The notes below the pieces were generated by a model. The model saw only the letters and a program-made list of their open reading frames with translations. It had not been told where the DNA came from and made no database searches. The translations under genes and the position numbers were made by a program. 64,000 nt of DNA from Octopus sinensis (taxonomy: Eukaryota), in NCBI RefSeq assembly GCF_006345805.1, contig NC_043009.1, forward strand, positions 55,366,001 to 55,430,000, in the 5' to 3' direction. How positions within the stretch are numbered: position 1 is the first letter of the stretch; each line of letters starts with the position of its first letter. This document shows positions 13,302-26,350 of this stretch, piece after piece.

Positions 13302-14285
13302 CTTATAACTATGTATACGGAAGCATAGATTCTTTGCATACTTAAACCAAAAATGTAATCGTAATCGAAAAGGTAATACCGCTCGATTATATCAGGCCTA
13401 CATACATTCAAAGACTACAGTTCACTTCGTGGCTTTCGATGGATATAGGTGTGTCTATGTGAAGAACAACAATGCATAAGCCTACAGCCTCTTCACATAT
13501 TAGTTTTTAATCCACATAGAAGTAGATGGCATTTGCTCCCAGCTGAGGTGGAACTTTATAAAGCAATCGATAGTGTTTTGACAACACTCAACTTCTCTGT
13601 ATCGTTATTCTACATCATGATCGCATTGTTGTTAACATGTGCGTGTATCATATATTATTTAATAAGTCTCACTCAGTTTTATGCATCTGAAAGCTTCGTA
13701 GGTTCGTAGAATGAAATTATCTCGCCGGAATCTGGAAATAGTATATGTAACTCTTACCAAATGTGTTGAATGTTACTTTCTTTCGTCTGCCCACTCGTGT
13801 GTGATATATATGTGTTATGTATGTAGGCATGTATATAAAATTAACACGCCGAAATTTGTTATATCTTTCCTGTGTATGCGATTTGTCTTTGTGTATATAT
13901 TTAATCACACTAATGTTTATTTGTCTATTTTGAATACAATATTGGGTCTAATGGTAATAGTGGTATATAAACGAACTTAAAATAAAATGAAAAAAAAAAA
14001 GAAGCAACGTATTGTACGTCCAAGGTGAAACTAGATGTTTTAATACAGGGGATTACACGTGGGTGAAGGACACCGGAAGTTATGACCTCTCCCCTCTGTG
14101 TATCTATGTGTGTGTGTGTTTGTGTATATGTATGTAAACTACAATGATGTTTTCTAAAATATGTAATACGTATTTTATGGAAGACAAAACGGAACTGTTC
14201 TTTTTACAGCTAGAAAACCAAAACTGTAATAAGTTACACTTCGTTGAATTCAGTTCATGTTCAATAAAAGATACGAAGGCCAGAA

Positions 14286-15300
14286 ATTGGCAAGAATTCC
14301 TTTTGTACCCCGCCTTATTTTATTATTGTTTTTTTTTTCTACACGGAGAATACGAATCTGCAAAAAGATTGGCATAAATCGGCATTTTGAAATTACTCCT
14401 CCCCCACTACTTTCTTCTCTATCCCCACCCCCATTTTCTCCCTAATTTGTTTATTTTTGTAATTTTCCCCCTTCCCACCCCCAACTTCAATTTTGACTTT
14501 TTTCCCAACACTAACCCTAAAACCCTAACCCTAACACTAACACCCTGATCCTAAAACTCTAACCCTAATCCTAAAACTAACCCTTACCCTAACACCCTAA
14601 CCCTAACACCCTAACCCTAAAACTCTAACCCTAAAACCCTAATCCTAAAACTCTAACCCTAAAACCCTAACCGTAAGTACAGAAATGTTTTGAAATTTTT
14701 GTCCGAATCATGATGTCCGTATTTTCCCGCATATTTAGAAAGAAAAAAAAAAATTTACAAAGATTTTTGGAAATTTTTTTCAGAATCAAAATCTCCGTAT
14801 TTTTCCGCATATTTTGAAAAAAAAATGTGAAAAAAGTTTTAAATGAAGGAAATGGGGGAGGGGGGGGGGGGTAATTTAGAAATGTCGATTTTTGCCAATT
14901 TTTTTTGCAGATTCGTATTCCCCGTAGCAAAAAAAGGCAGGTTTTGAATCGAAAAAAAAAAAAAAATTTAAGTGTATTTTTTGGTGGGTAACGAGCGGAA
15001 GTCTTGCCATCTTTTCTTTTTTTTTTTTTCAAAATATGCGGAAAAATACGGAGATTATGATTCTGAAAAAAATTTCCAAAAATGCTTGTGGTTAGGGTTT
15101 TAGGGTTACGGTTAAGGTTAGGGAAAAAAGTGAAAAAAGAAGAAATTGGAGTGGGGAAGGGAGGCCGAAATTTCAAAATGCCGATTTTGGGCAATTTTCC
15201 GAAAACGGGGGTTTTTGGCAAGAAAAAAATGGGGAGAAAATGGTGGAGGCGGACGGGAGGAAATCTTTCCCAGAAAATTTTTGAGAAAATGTGTTTGTCA
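14286..15300. mobile_element. Foldback-like element containing telomere-like repeats
   Basis: The arms are inverted about 14825 (for example 14335-14397 versus 14871-14935, and 14781-14818 versus 15031-15066). There is a degenerate (CCCTAA)n at 14511-14676 and (TTAGGG)n at 15090-15123. Confidence 0.7.
14511..14676 (+). repeat. Interstitial degenerate telomere-like array (CCCTAA)n
   Basis: Interspersed ccctaa, accctaa, ctctaa and cctaaaa units over about 165 bp. Confidence 0.85.
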
Positions 15301-15986
15301 GTTAAATCGGCTCCAATACGTAACTCGTACTTTATTAATTTATCGACCCCGGAAGGATGAAAGACAAAGTTGATCTCGCCGGTATTTGATCTGAAGACAG
15401 ATCAAATACCACAAGGCATTTTGTCCGATGCTCTAACGAAATGATAGTCTCATAATAATCATAATACAAATATTCAGGTTTTAGGGAGGAAGTAATTTTC
15501 AAACAAGGGACGTAGCCCGAATGCTTGCAACAGAGTGATAGGCACCCAAGGATCAGGTCCTATTAAACCGGACACATATGCGCACAGGCTCTTATACAGA
15601 TGACATCATCTTTCACTTCTTGAAAATTTTCCGATTTCAGGCGCGGTCGACGCAAGACCTTTCATACCTCCCGTCCGGAATACGACACACCTGATGTGTC
15701 ACGTAATTCAAATATGGTAAACTAGTTGGTGTTGTTTCATGTTAAACCAGATCGAGCAGGCTTATGATCAAAACCAGGCATGTGCAACCATTCTCGAGAA
15801 GTGGGCTGCATGAGACTAACTCATCATTAGATGGGTTGCATGAAACTGGCTCATCAGCAGGCGGGCCGCATTACCAAAATATATTGAAGGTAGCTTTTCG
15901 TTAGACGTACCATTCAGAAAGTCTTGCGGATCACAAGTTTCCCGTGACTGACAAAGCCAGTTCATCTGCTACAATCCAATCATATA

Positions 15987-16157
15987 CCGTAAATCCTCGA
16001 GTATAGTCCGCCATTGAGTATAATACGCAGAGGATTTTTAGGGGGCTGTACCTCTGAAAAACCCAAACCTTGTGTATAATACGCACCCCTTCTCTAACTT
16101 GAGTCAAGTAGATCTATATAAAGTCCTTGGTTTGTAAAAATGCATACGGTAACGTCC

Positions 16158-16197
<40 letters not shown>

Positions 16198-16517
16198 ACA
16201 TAATGCAAACGTGTAGCTTTTTTGTGCATTTTGTTTGCAGAAAATAAAGAAATAACAGTAATGACGTTTAATAAATGTTGCTTATTGCAAATTATGGATG
16301 ATCCTTTTATGACTTCATTGCTTTCAGACTTAGCTTAAGGTATTTTCGCGCCCGACATCACAAAATGCGTCTGAATAAACATTGCCGGACAGCAAATAGA
16401 GTCTCGGACATTGCTTAGAAAATAATTTTCATTTTTAACCTCGTATATAGTACGCACTAGTGATTTTGACCTTTAAATTTTGGGGGAAAAATGCGGATTA
16501 TACTCGAAGATTTACGG
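15987..16517. mobile_element. pogo/Tigger-like (Tc1/mariner superfamily) MITE
   Basis: 25-bp TIRs CCGTAAATCCTCGAGTATAGTCCGC / GCGGATTATACTCGAAGATTTACGG with 2 mismatches, and a TA TSD on both sides. Confidence 0.85.
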
Positions 16518-16726
16518 TATATCTCCAGGGCTGATTACATTATCCTAATATTCTTCCTTTCTTTAAAATTAGTTCTTAATCCGGAATCCGGGTTATCTCC
16601 TTTCAGAACGTTGGAAACCCTCAAGAGGGCGGCAAATGTCGTGGAAGCTGTTCAGTATTAAGCAAGGAAATAAATTATTTCAACCAAATACAATACTTAT
16701 ATTGCAAATTCATTCTCAAATATATA

Positions 16727-17700
16727 TATGGTGTAACAGGTAAATTGAGACCATTTAAATATCTCTATTATAATTGGTATAACTCAGAAAAAAATCAAAC
16801 ACTGCAAATTGTATGTTTATGCCAATTTATTGTTGAGTGTTTAGCTTTTATTTCAGTTCAATGTGACCACCATCTACTTTCTTTACCAGTTCAGTCTGTT
16901 TACGCAATGATGCGCATACTTTAATAATTTTTTCCCCGCTTGATCGAAGCCCTCTGTGAAGACACACAGTTGTGAGAAGTTATGTTGGACATTGCTTCAA
17001 CAGCGCCCCATAGCCAAAAAATTACATGGATCAAATCTGGCGAGCTAGAGGGCCAGATATCTTTAAGGACAAACATGGGCAATTCCTTCTTTAAAAATTC
17101 ATGCATTCTTTTCGAAGAATGGGCGGGCGCGGAGTCCCCAACAAACATGACTCGACTTGCATCATAATGCTTCCTAATCCAAGGCAACAAAATTTCTAAG
17201 TTTTTGAGATAATCTGCTGTGTTGATTTTAAGACCCGCTTCAATAAACTGAGGAGGCATCAATTTCCCATCACTTGTAATAGCTCCAGAGACCTATGGAA
17301 GCTGGATTCTTCCTACGCATAGCTGAAGAAACTTGGGAAGGGTCGCACGCTATCACTCGTGAGTTTTGGCGGTTTGCAGCTTCGTCTACGAGGAACTTCT
17401 TTTTATCCACGAAGATGCGGGCGTCTCCGCCACGATGTTTCAGATGAAGAAGTTTGGAACTTCTTTCAGCTTGATTGGCTTTGGAGTGGGTAGTTAGGAT
17501 GTTACGGTGTCTCCTCGCGTACGATTTCTTATGGGGGTGGGGGGTCTTGTCCCAAAGCCCCGGAAACGGTCATTTTACGGACCCCACCATTTTAAGCCAA
17601 CTTCAACATCAAATTTAATGGGTTCGACTCAGTCCAGCTAAGAAGTAGGCATGCGTTTTCGGTCATTGCGAGTCGTGTGAGGCTTTCTCTGAACATCACG
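16727..17700 (-). mobile_element. Degenerate DD37D (maT-like) Tc1/mariner transposon
   Basis: ORF 17262-16921 contains GLKINTADY..LLPW..GDSAPAH..WPSSSPDL, with D-to-D spacing consistent with 37. It is frameshifted. Confidence 0.8.
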
Positions 17701-17949
17701 ACTTTCTTCCAAATTGGCTAAAATTCTAAAAACAGTAGATTTGGCCTATTTTGTGGCTCTAACAATCTCCCCAACACTTTTGCCGGCGCAGAATAATTCG
17801 GCAATTACACTTCTACGGTTTAATTCTTTATTAACATTCATGATTTGTTCAATCAGAACTAAAAAAAAAATAGTACAAGTGATTATTCAAGCTGATAATT
17901 TTTAAAATTTAGACTCCAACAAAATTTATACAATTAGAAATATATCCAT

Positions 17950-18202
17950 TTGAAACTTGTCCCAATTTTCCTGAGAGGTTGGGGAGAGGAGTTTCGGAAT
18001 GAAAGTTTATACACAAACTTTTCAAACAGCATAGATTACGATTATAAAGAAATTTGAGAGGAAACTTTTTTCCGAGGGGGTAGGGAGAGGAGTTTCGGAT
18101 CATGACAACCGCAAGTTGGAATTTCTCCGTTTTTTACGGTGTTTTTTTTACAATTTTTTTTTCACAACAGCATTCGAAATGATGAGGATATCTTTTTATG
18201 AA

Positions 18203-18244
<42 letters not shown>

Positions 18245-18900
18245 TCCGGAAAAAGTGAAAAATGAAGGGGGTGGAATTGAAATTTTGAAAATGCGATTTT
18301 TGAAATTTTTTTTTTCAGAATCGGATCCTTCATAACCAAAAACGGGGGATTCTGTAAAAAAAAAAATCAATATATATCCATTTTACCGAAAGTTATGACG
18401 GAAAAATCGGATCATGTGAATTTTCCGAAAGTCCTCTCTCCACCCCCAGGGTCGTTAGCGCATTTTCTTTTTCATATTCGTTTTCTACATACGTGTTAAC
18501 ATCCAGCAGGCTGTGATGAGAAAAAAAAATTGAAAAATGCCCGTCAAAACGGAGAAATTCCAACTTATGTAGTCTTTTTGATCCGAAACTCCTCTCCCCA
18601 ACCCCGGAAAAAATTTCCCCACAAATTTCTTTATAATCATAATCTATGCTGTTTAAAAGGTATTTGTATAAACTTCCATTGAAAGATACTCATTTTCCCG
18701 AAAGTTATGAGGGAAAAATGTAGGAGCGTGTGATTTTTCCGAAACTCCTCTTCCGCCCACTCGCAAAAATTCTTTCCCATAAATTTGTATATATTCTAAA
18801 TCTACAACATCTAAGCAGTATGTGTAGAAAATTTAGCTAAAAAGTATCCATTTTTCTGGAAGTTATGCGGCAACAAAGTCGGGGTGGGAGTACACATTTG
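17950..18900. mobile_element. Second foldback-like element (gaaagttatg subrepeats)
   Basis: About 170-bp inverted arms at about 17960-18140 and 18540-18700 around a (TAA)n core. The gaaagttatg unit recurs at 18388, 18700 and about 18858. Confidence 0.65.
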
Positions 18901-18974
18901 TAGTTATGCCTGTACTTCGCCGATGATTCCAGAAAATTATCAACGAAGACCGAACTGAACGTCAGTCTGGTCTC

Positions 18975-19580
18975 ATGCTGTAAGTAAATGGGCAGATAAA
19001 AGCAAAATGTGTCTAAACGAGGGAAAATTTGAGCTGATGCATTTTGGAAAAAAGATTATGCTAAAACAATCATATTCTCTTTCTTCAGGGGAACCATTCG
19101 CAGCATCTAACAATATCAGAGACTTAGGAGTAATTGTTGACAACAATCTCAATTGGAGTGCCCACATCAATAATAAGGTCGATATAGCTCGTAGAAGGAA
19201 CTCCTGGATTCTAAGAACCTTCCGGTCACCATTCCTCATTTCTCCTTCTTTGTACGGTCACACTTCGAATACTGCTGCTGTTTGTGGTCTCTTCACACAA
19301 AACAAAACATCTCAAAAATCATCTCAGAGGGCATTCACTAAAATAATTAAGGGCATGACTGATCTCGATTATTGGGGCCACCTTAAAGCATTGAAGCTCT
19401 ATTCTCTCTAGCGCTGCCTGAGCGATACATCATTTGCATGATGTGGAGAATATACCACACAACTTCAACCTTAGTTTCATAATTCACCCAAGGCTAGGAC
19501 CACAGACCATACCCAATTCAGGATCACAACACATAAATACACTGCAACACAATTTCTTTTCCTCAACAGGTTCTGCCCTA
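18975..19580 (+). mobile_element. CR1-clade LINE 3' fragment
   Basis: Encodes KFELMHFG..IRDLGVIVDNNLNWSAHIN..LKALKLYSL, the C-terminal region of the RT. Frameshifted. Confidence 0.85.
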
Positions 19581-20339
19581 TTTAAGAAAGAAAGAACGGT
19601 TGGATGGATGGATGGATGGATGGAATGCAGTACCAGCTGAGTGCTGGGATCGATTTAACAGTCCTACAAGTTATCCTTGATGTGCGTGGAATTATTAAAC
19701 AGATAGATTTGACCTTAAAGCCAAACAATTTCATATTTGCGATCGTGCATTTGGCACACATACATTTCGGATAATCCTACATATGTACATGCTGAACCAT
19801 GTCTCTTTCTCTTTTACTTCGGCCGTAACAAACTAATTCTCTGAATTTACCCACAGAAATCTACTCGATAACCAACATTTCGCCTTTTTTCATTACCTCT
19901 GCAAAATATCACGCCCACATCGCATTCTGATCAACTCCTTTAGCTTGTCTAGATTATTTGTTGTAGCCTTATCCTTATAGTTTATAGTCATAGTTATATA
20001 ACTCGTCTGTTCACGGAATAAGAACTTGTTTACGAATCCTTCATCATCTGTTTATGTACGAGAGAGAACAGAGTGTGCATGTTTCCATAGAAAAAAGACA
20101 GAGAAGGCGGCAATCCAGCAGAATCGTTAGCACGCTGCAGAAAATGCATGACGGTATTTCTTCCGTCTCTTTGTGTTCCGAGTTTGAATTCCGTCGTACA
20201 CGAATTCACTTTTCGAGATCGATAAAAAATTTACAAAAACAAGTACCATTTGAACTCTAGAATCGATGCAATCGACTACTCCCCCCCCCCTCAGCGTTGC
20301 TAGCCTTGTGCCAAATTTTGAGAGACTTATTTTGAGTAT

Positions 20340-20612
20340 GGGATGACCAAAACCTTGTCAATGGATTTGGTAGACTGAAAGAAGACCATCGTATATGTGT
20401 ATGTGCATGTGTGTTTGATCCCACCACCATTTGACAACCGGTGCCGCTTTTGTTTGCGTCCTCATAACTTAGCCTTTCGTCAAAAAGAGTGGACAAAATA
20501 TGTACCAGGCTTTAAAACAAAATGGGGTCAATTCGTTCCACTTAAAACACTTAAACGAGGTGCTTCAGCATGGCCGCAGTCCAATGAATGAAACAAGTAA
20601 CAGATAAAAGAT
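20340..20612 (+). mobile_element. SINE family A, 3' part
   Basis: ggatttggtagac ... catggccgcagtccaatgaatgaaacaag. Confidence 0.7.
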
Positions 20613-20759
20613 AGCTAGAGAGAGAAATATGTATGTGAGCGCGTATATATATTTTTTTATTTGTACCTGTATATATGTATATTATTGTTATTCTTCTAGC
20701 CTTCCGTAGTTTCCTTGAAATCCTCATTTTTTTTTTCTCCCAACTTGTTTAGCAGTGAC

Positions 20760-21174
20760 GCTTGGCCTAAATCGAGAACGAGGTTTTTCATTCAATTAGC
20801 GACAGGAAGGGGGGGAAAACAGCCGACAGAGCATAGTAAGAGAGGGAAAGAGAGAGCGCGAGCGAGAGAGAAGAAAAGAGAGAGAGAGAGTAAAGGAAGG
20901 AGAGAGAGAAGAAAAGAGAGAGACGGAGAGGAAGAGAAGGAAACCCTGATGTTGTTTCCTCGACAAAACGGTTAAACAAGTCAATGTGTGCTCGTCTTTA
21001 TTTTTTTCCCATCGCGATTTTTATCCAACAAACATAACAAATTGATAACAAAAAGGGGGCTAATGTGATTAATACATCGACTATTGTGGAAATAACGAAA
21101 CGAAACACACATTTCATACATATATTCAACCACAAAATAATAATAACAACAAATTGCTGCATGGGGAAAACAAG
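20760..21174 (+). promoter_or_regulatory. Probable ING promoter / 5' UTR region
   Basis: Locally CpG-richer sequence with a long GA-rich tract (about 20840-20940) just upstream of the ING start codon. The TSS cannot be determined. Confidence 0.35.
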
Positions 21175-21316
21175 ATGACGACGTTAAATCAAGCTGCGGT
21201 CGAGGCATTATGTTCGGCAACCTATCTTCAGAATTATTTAGATATTATGGACAATTTACCTGATGATCTACAACGAAAAGTCACACAATTGCGCGAGTTG
21301 GATTCGCAATGTAAAG
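21175..21316 (+). CDS. ING1: Inhibitor of growth (ING1/ING2 type), coding exon 1
   Basis: Boundaries are caagATG ... TGT AAA G|gtacgg. It encodes MTTLNQAAVEALCSATYLQNYLDIMDNLPDDLQRKVTQLRELDSQCK, the ING N-terminal helical domain. ING1 versus ING2 cannot be resolved, so it is probably a co-ortholog. Confidence 0.92.
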
Positions 21317-23074
21317 GTACGGTTTTTGTTTTTTAATTTGTCTTTTCATCTTTTATACATTTAAGTAAATCGAGAACAATTGCATATGTCTTTATTTCAA
21401 CTTCTGCTTATTTTGTTGTTGAAATAAAAACCGGGCAAATATAAGCTGTCGATTTTTACCATTATAAAAAAAAAAAATGGAAAAAAACAAATCTGTCGTT
21501 ACCTTTATTGTTGAAAATGGACTCGCCTCGATTGCTTCCCTCCCTCTTTTTCGCTTCAATAGTTTCTTTCGTCTTTATTATTTTTGAACAGTTTGGAATA
21601 GTTCATGATTATTTTGTAGGGGTGGCACTCTTTTTTGCTGGCTTTTCTAGTCTACCTTCCCTTTTCTCTTCACGATACCAATGTTTTTTTTTTATCTCTG
21701 AAAACACTGAATTTTCTAGTTCGTATATGTATATATGTATATATATACATATAAAGCTTCCTTAATAATCTTGATTCTTGTTATTATTCTCGACTCTTTT
21801 AAAAATATATTTCGTAATTGCTTTATATCTGTTTCTAAAACACGTGTACACAGACAAGATAACGAATTCCATCCCAAAAATAACCTTTTAACTGCTACTT
21901 TCCTTTCATTTTGATATCAAATGTCATTGAGAAAGGCATGAACATCACACAAACCTCATTTCTCTCCTTTAAATATGTCGCTTTCTACTTTAGTCAGAAA
22001 CCAGTATTGTTTAGTTTTCGATTCAGTAATGAAAATCATTGTTTTTATCCACATTCGATGCATAAAACTCCATTTGTTTTATGTTTAGTCTTTCTTAAAC
22101 GTCTATCATCCGTTGATGATTGTCCTTGTAGTAAATCAAATTCATTATTCAATCGATCTGTTCTGAGTCGGCTTTTACCTCTCAGAAATCTTGATGTTAT
22201 GATGAATAAATATCAATAATTTTGTAGGTATTAGGATCTAAACATCTGACAGTCCCACCATGATTTTATGATTAATTAAAATAAATCTTGCTTCCCCCCC
22301 CCCCCAAGTATTTACCATACCCCATACTTTTTGTCTTTTTGCTTAATTGCGATATTTTTCAAGTTATCTTTTTTTCTGGTGGTACCTATTTTTATTTCGT
22401 TATTATTTAAAAAAAAAAAATTAACATTTGACCGATAGAATAAAGTACCGTACTGGGCTTCTTACAAAAGAATAAGTCCCCGGGGGGGGGGGTCGAGTTG
22501 CTCGATTAAAAGCGGTGCTCCAGCATGGCCGCAGTCAGATGACTGAAACAAGTAAAAGTATAAAGAGTAAAAGAGATTGAATAAGTCCACAGAAACAAAT
22601 CCTTTTGGTTGAGTGTGTGTGTGTGTGCAGGGCATGGAAACCAAACTGGTCTTTGGAAATGGCGGTATCATACAAAAACATACATAAATACTCAATTACA
22701 CATATACCTAAGTACACACACGTATAGGTACATAATCACATAAATTCACGCGACATATACACATAGATATATATACATATACATACATACAGAACAACAT
22801 TCGTACATGAACCAACAAAAAAAGTCGTCTGTATGTGGTAGCTTGGCCTGCTAGAAATAAGACAGATTTCTCTTTATATCACACATCCTTCCGTATTTGG
22901 AAAAGAAACGTATAAAGCTACCATGGATTGTGAAGTATTAGATATAGATATATGATAGCTGAAGAAAGAGGAGATGGTCATGACTAAACCGCTTTTGACT
23001 AGGAACTAAAACAGCAACACACACACACTCTTCTTTATCTCTCTGGGAAAGAAGTTGGTTGGAGGCACACTTGT

Positions 23075-23116
23075 GTGTATATGTGTGTATATATATATAT
23101 ACATATATACATACAT

Positions 23117-23149
<33 letters not shown>

Positions 23150-23188
23150 CATACACACACACACACATATATATATATATACATACAT

Positions 23189-23269
<81 letters not shown>

Positions 23270-23300
23270 CACACACACATATATATATATATATATACAT

Positions 23301-23353
<53 letters not shown>

Positions 23354-23805
23354 CACACACACACTATATATATACACACACATATATATATATACACACA
23401 CACACATATATATATACACACACACACATATATATATACACACACACATATATATATATACACACACACACATATATATATACACACACATATATATATA
23501 CACACACACACATATATATATACACACACACACATATATATATACACACACACACACATATATATATACACACACACACATATATATATATACACACACA
23601 CACATATATATATACACACACACACATATATATATACACACACACACATATATATATACACACACACACACATATATATATACATATACACACACACACA
23701 TATATACATATACACACACACACATATATACATATACACACACACACATATATATATATATATAAACCGTAAGATTGCCATATATATATATATATATATA
23801 TACAC
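23075..23805. repeat. Long compound (TA)n/(CA)n microsatellite-minisatellite
   Basis: About 690 bp (23075-23762) of almost uninterrupted purine-pyrimidine alternation in roughly 20-24 bp higher-order units, plus a further (TA)n. Confidence 0.95.
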
Positions 23806-25539
23806 ATCCAAATCTAAGAAATTTGTAAGCCCTATCTAGAAACAGCAGTTAACGCCTTAGGTCACTTGCAATAATATTTAATTCCGATAATGAAGAATCA
23901 GAGGCAGCTGGTTCGGTTAAATTGCAAACCCGCTATCCTTTCACATACGAATTTGTGGGTTTGTGCCAATAATATAAGAATTTATAATTACTTTTTTACT
24001 ACAATTACGACGCCTCATAATGTTTCTGCACTTTTGACCACCGTCAACGTAGCCATCCGCCTACTTTGGTGTTTATTAAGCAAAACTTGTGTCTCTTTGT
24101 GGAAGGTGTTGAGACCGCCATTTCCGAAGAAGGTTCCCACGGATCCTTCCCCACGCTCGGAAGGAAATATTTGTGTCCCCCCCCCCCAACGTTTGTTTTC
24201 TGGCCATGTTGCAGCACCGGTGTGTACATGTAGAGGTTGAAATAACCCATGTAAATGTATGTATATACTGTTTGTATGTATGCTTGTGTGTGTATGTATA
24301 CCCGCGGCTGTATCTATATAGGTGACTAAAATGTATTTCAGGAACTAAAAGGTTCGCTAAGTCTCTATGAAGGAGGCTGAAGATGAATATTGATGGATAA
24401 GTGTTGGAAAGACTTCCGTCCGTCCCTCCGTGTTACTCTATAAGTCTCCTCGTTAAACTAGAAAAATATGGGCACGTCCGTATCCTGGAGCATACCCCAG
24501 GACCATTTCCATCAAGTCTTTGTATATATATATGTGTGTGTGTGTGTGTGCATGTATACGGAAATGTGTATGTGTATATGGAATGTGTGTGCATCAAGCG
24601 AAGAAAGGCGTTGTTATTCATCTCATTCAAAAAGAAAACCCTAATGTTTCTTGCGAAAGACTAGCGAGAAATAGCAGCCAAATTTCACTCAATTGTCAAT
24701 TATTGAATTACAAAAAAAAAAGCATGTTTTTGGATAATGTAGTCCTAGGTACGTTATACCCGACAAAATATAGAAAAAGATGGAATAGTCACGACTGGAA
24801 CGTTTTTCATCGTAACTGAACTGTGTATATTGCAGAAACTTCTATTTTTTTCCTGAAAGAATATGCCATATGATTGAAAACTGTTGTACTGCCTTGTTAT
24901 GTTGCATAAGAATGTGATATGGTCCCCACAATTTATTTCCCCATGACTTCCTGAAAAATATGTATATCTTAACGAAATTTTGCGCAAACATTTTGAAGGT
25001 GTAGACTACGGTTAGGTTGATAACATTTAGAGAAAATATTGTTTTTACCGGAGAACTTTCGGATAGTCCTTTCCCATTTAACCAACCTCTTTGCCTTGCA
25101 TCCTTTCGGGGTCGATAAATTAAGTACCAGTTACGCACTGGGGTCGATGTAATCGACTTAATACCTATGTCTGTCCTTGTTTGTCACCTTTATGTTTAGC
25201 CCCTTGTGGGTAATAAAGAAATAGGTATTAACATGAATATTCGTAACTTTCCCGCAGTTAATTTTTTAAACTTTTCTTTCAAGTCTATGTTCGAAGTCAT
25301 GACGAAAGAAAATAGAGGTACACTAATCTGTAGGTATACCTATATATATATATATACGCACACACTTTTTATACTAGGAAAAGGTTGACTGTGACTTCGA
25401 AGATTCAGCTTGCCAGTCATCATTAGAGTGATGGTTAATAATAAGTCAGGTCTCGAAGCCATTGTCAATAATTTCCTTTTAAATATTGATAAATATGTAC
25501 TCAAGAGTCGAATGATCCTTCGATGTAATGTTAACGTAT

Positions 25540-25599
<60 letters not shown>

Positions 25600-25601
<2 letters not shown>

Positions 25602-26066
25602 TGTCAATAATAAAAGGGTACAATTAATTAATTATTAATTAATTTTACCAAGTAGTGTTCAGTATGTAAAAAGACCATTTACGGTATATATTTAAAACAT
25701 TACGTTATATAATTAGGGTTCAATAAAATAATTTACTTTACCACACACCGAACTTTTAGAAATAGCAGCCAAAAAATCAAAAAAAATCTTAGCTATTTCT
25801 TCTACTATAAGAAAAGTCTCCCAGACAATGTATACTCAAAAATAATTCACGCAGGTATAGAGAGAAAAATAACGAAAGATCACACGTACATCGAAAATAT
25901 ATATATATATATTCTAGCAAAAACTGTCCGATGAACGGCAATGCGAAACTCAGAGTAACAGGTTTTGTAGAATTTTCTGCTGCTTTAAATAAAGCATATT
26001 ACTCTACCACAGGTATTTGAGTACTCTTTTTCTCCACCTTGTTTCACATTTATGTGCTTACTCCGG
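25600..26066. mobile_element. Penelope-like terminal-repeat fragments
   Basis: 25600-25910 shares sequence with 59340-59545. 25915-26066 begins with a hammerhead motif. Confidence 0.55.
25923..25962 (+). ncRNA. Degenerate type I hammerhead ribozyme motif (Penelope-like)
   Basis: Reads actgt CCGATGA acg-gcaa-tgc GAAA ctcagag TA acag. It has a 4-bp stem I, a GCAA-looped stem II and a GUA site, but carries a U4C change and a stem II mismatch. Confidence 0.6.
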
Positions 26067-26350
26067 TATATATATATATATATATATAATATATATATAT
26101 AATATATATATATATAATATATATATATATGTGTGTGTGTATATATATATATATGTGTGTGTGTATATATATATATGTGTGTGTGTATATATATATATAT
26201 ATATGTGTGTGTGTATATATATATATATGTGTGTGTGTTATATATATATATATATGTGTGTGTGTATATATATATATATATATGTGTGTGTGTATATATA
26301 TATATATATGTGTGTGTGTATATATATATGTATATATATGTGTATATATC
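26066..26350. repeat. Compound (TA)n/(TG)n microsatellite
   Basis: Read directly from the sequence. Confidence 0.95.

Noticed and set aside
14511-14676. (CCCTAA)n as a true telomere or chromosome-fusion scar
   Set aside because: It is short, degenerate and embedded in a repeated unit with homologous non-telomeric flanks on both arms.
22938-23839. Long ORFs of 140-258 aa rich in YIYI, HTHT and CVCV (also 25985-26520)
   Set aside because: They are translations of (TA)n/(CA)n microsatellites, which lack stop codons in these frames.
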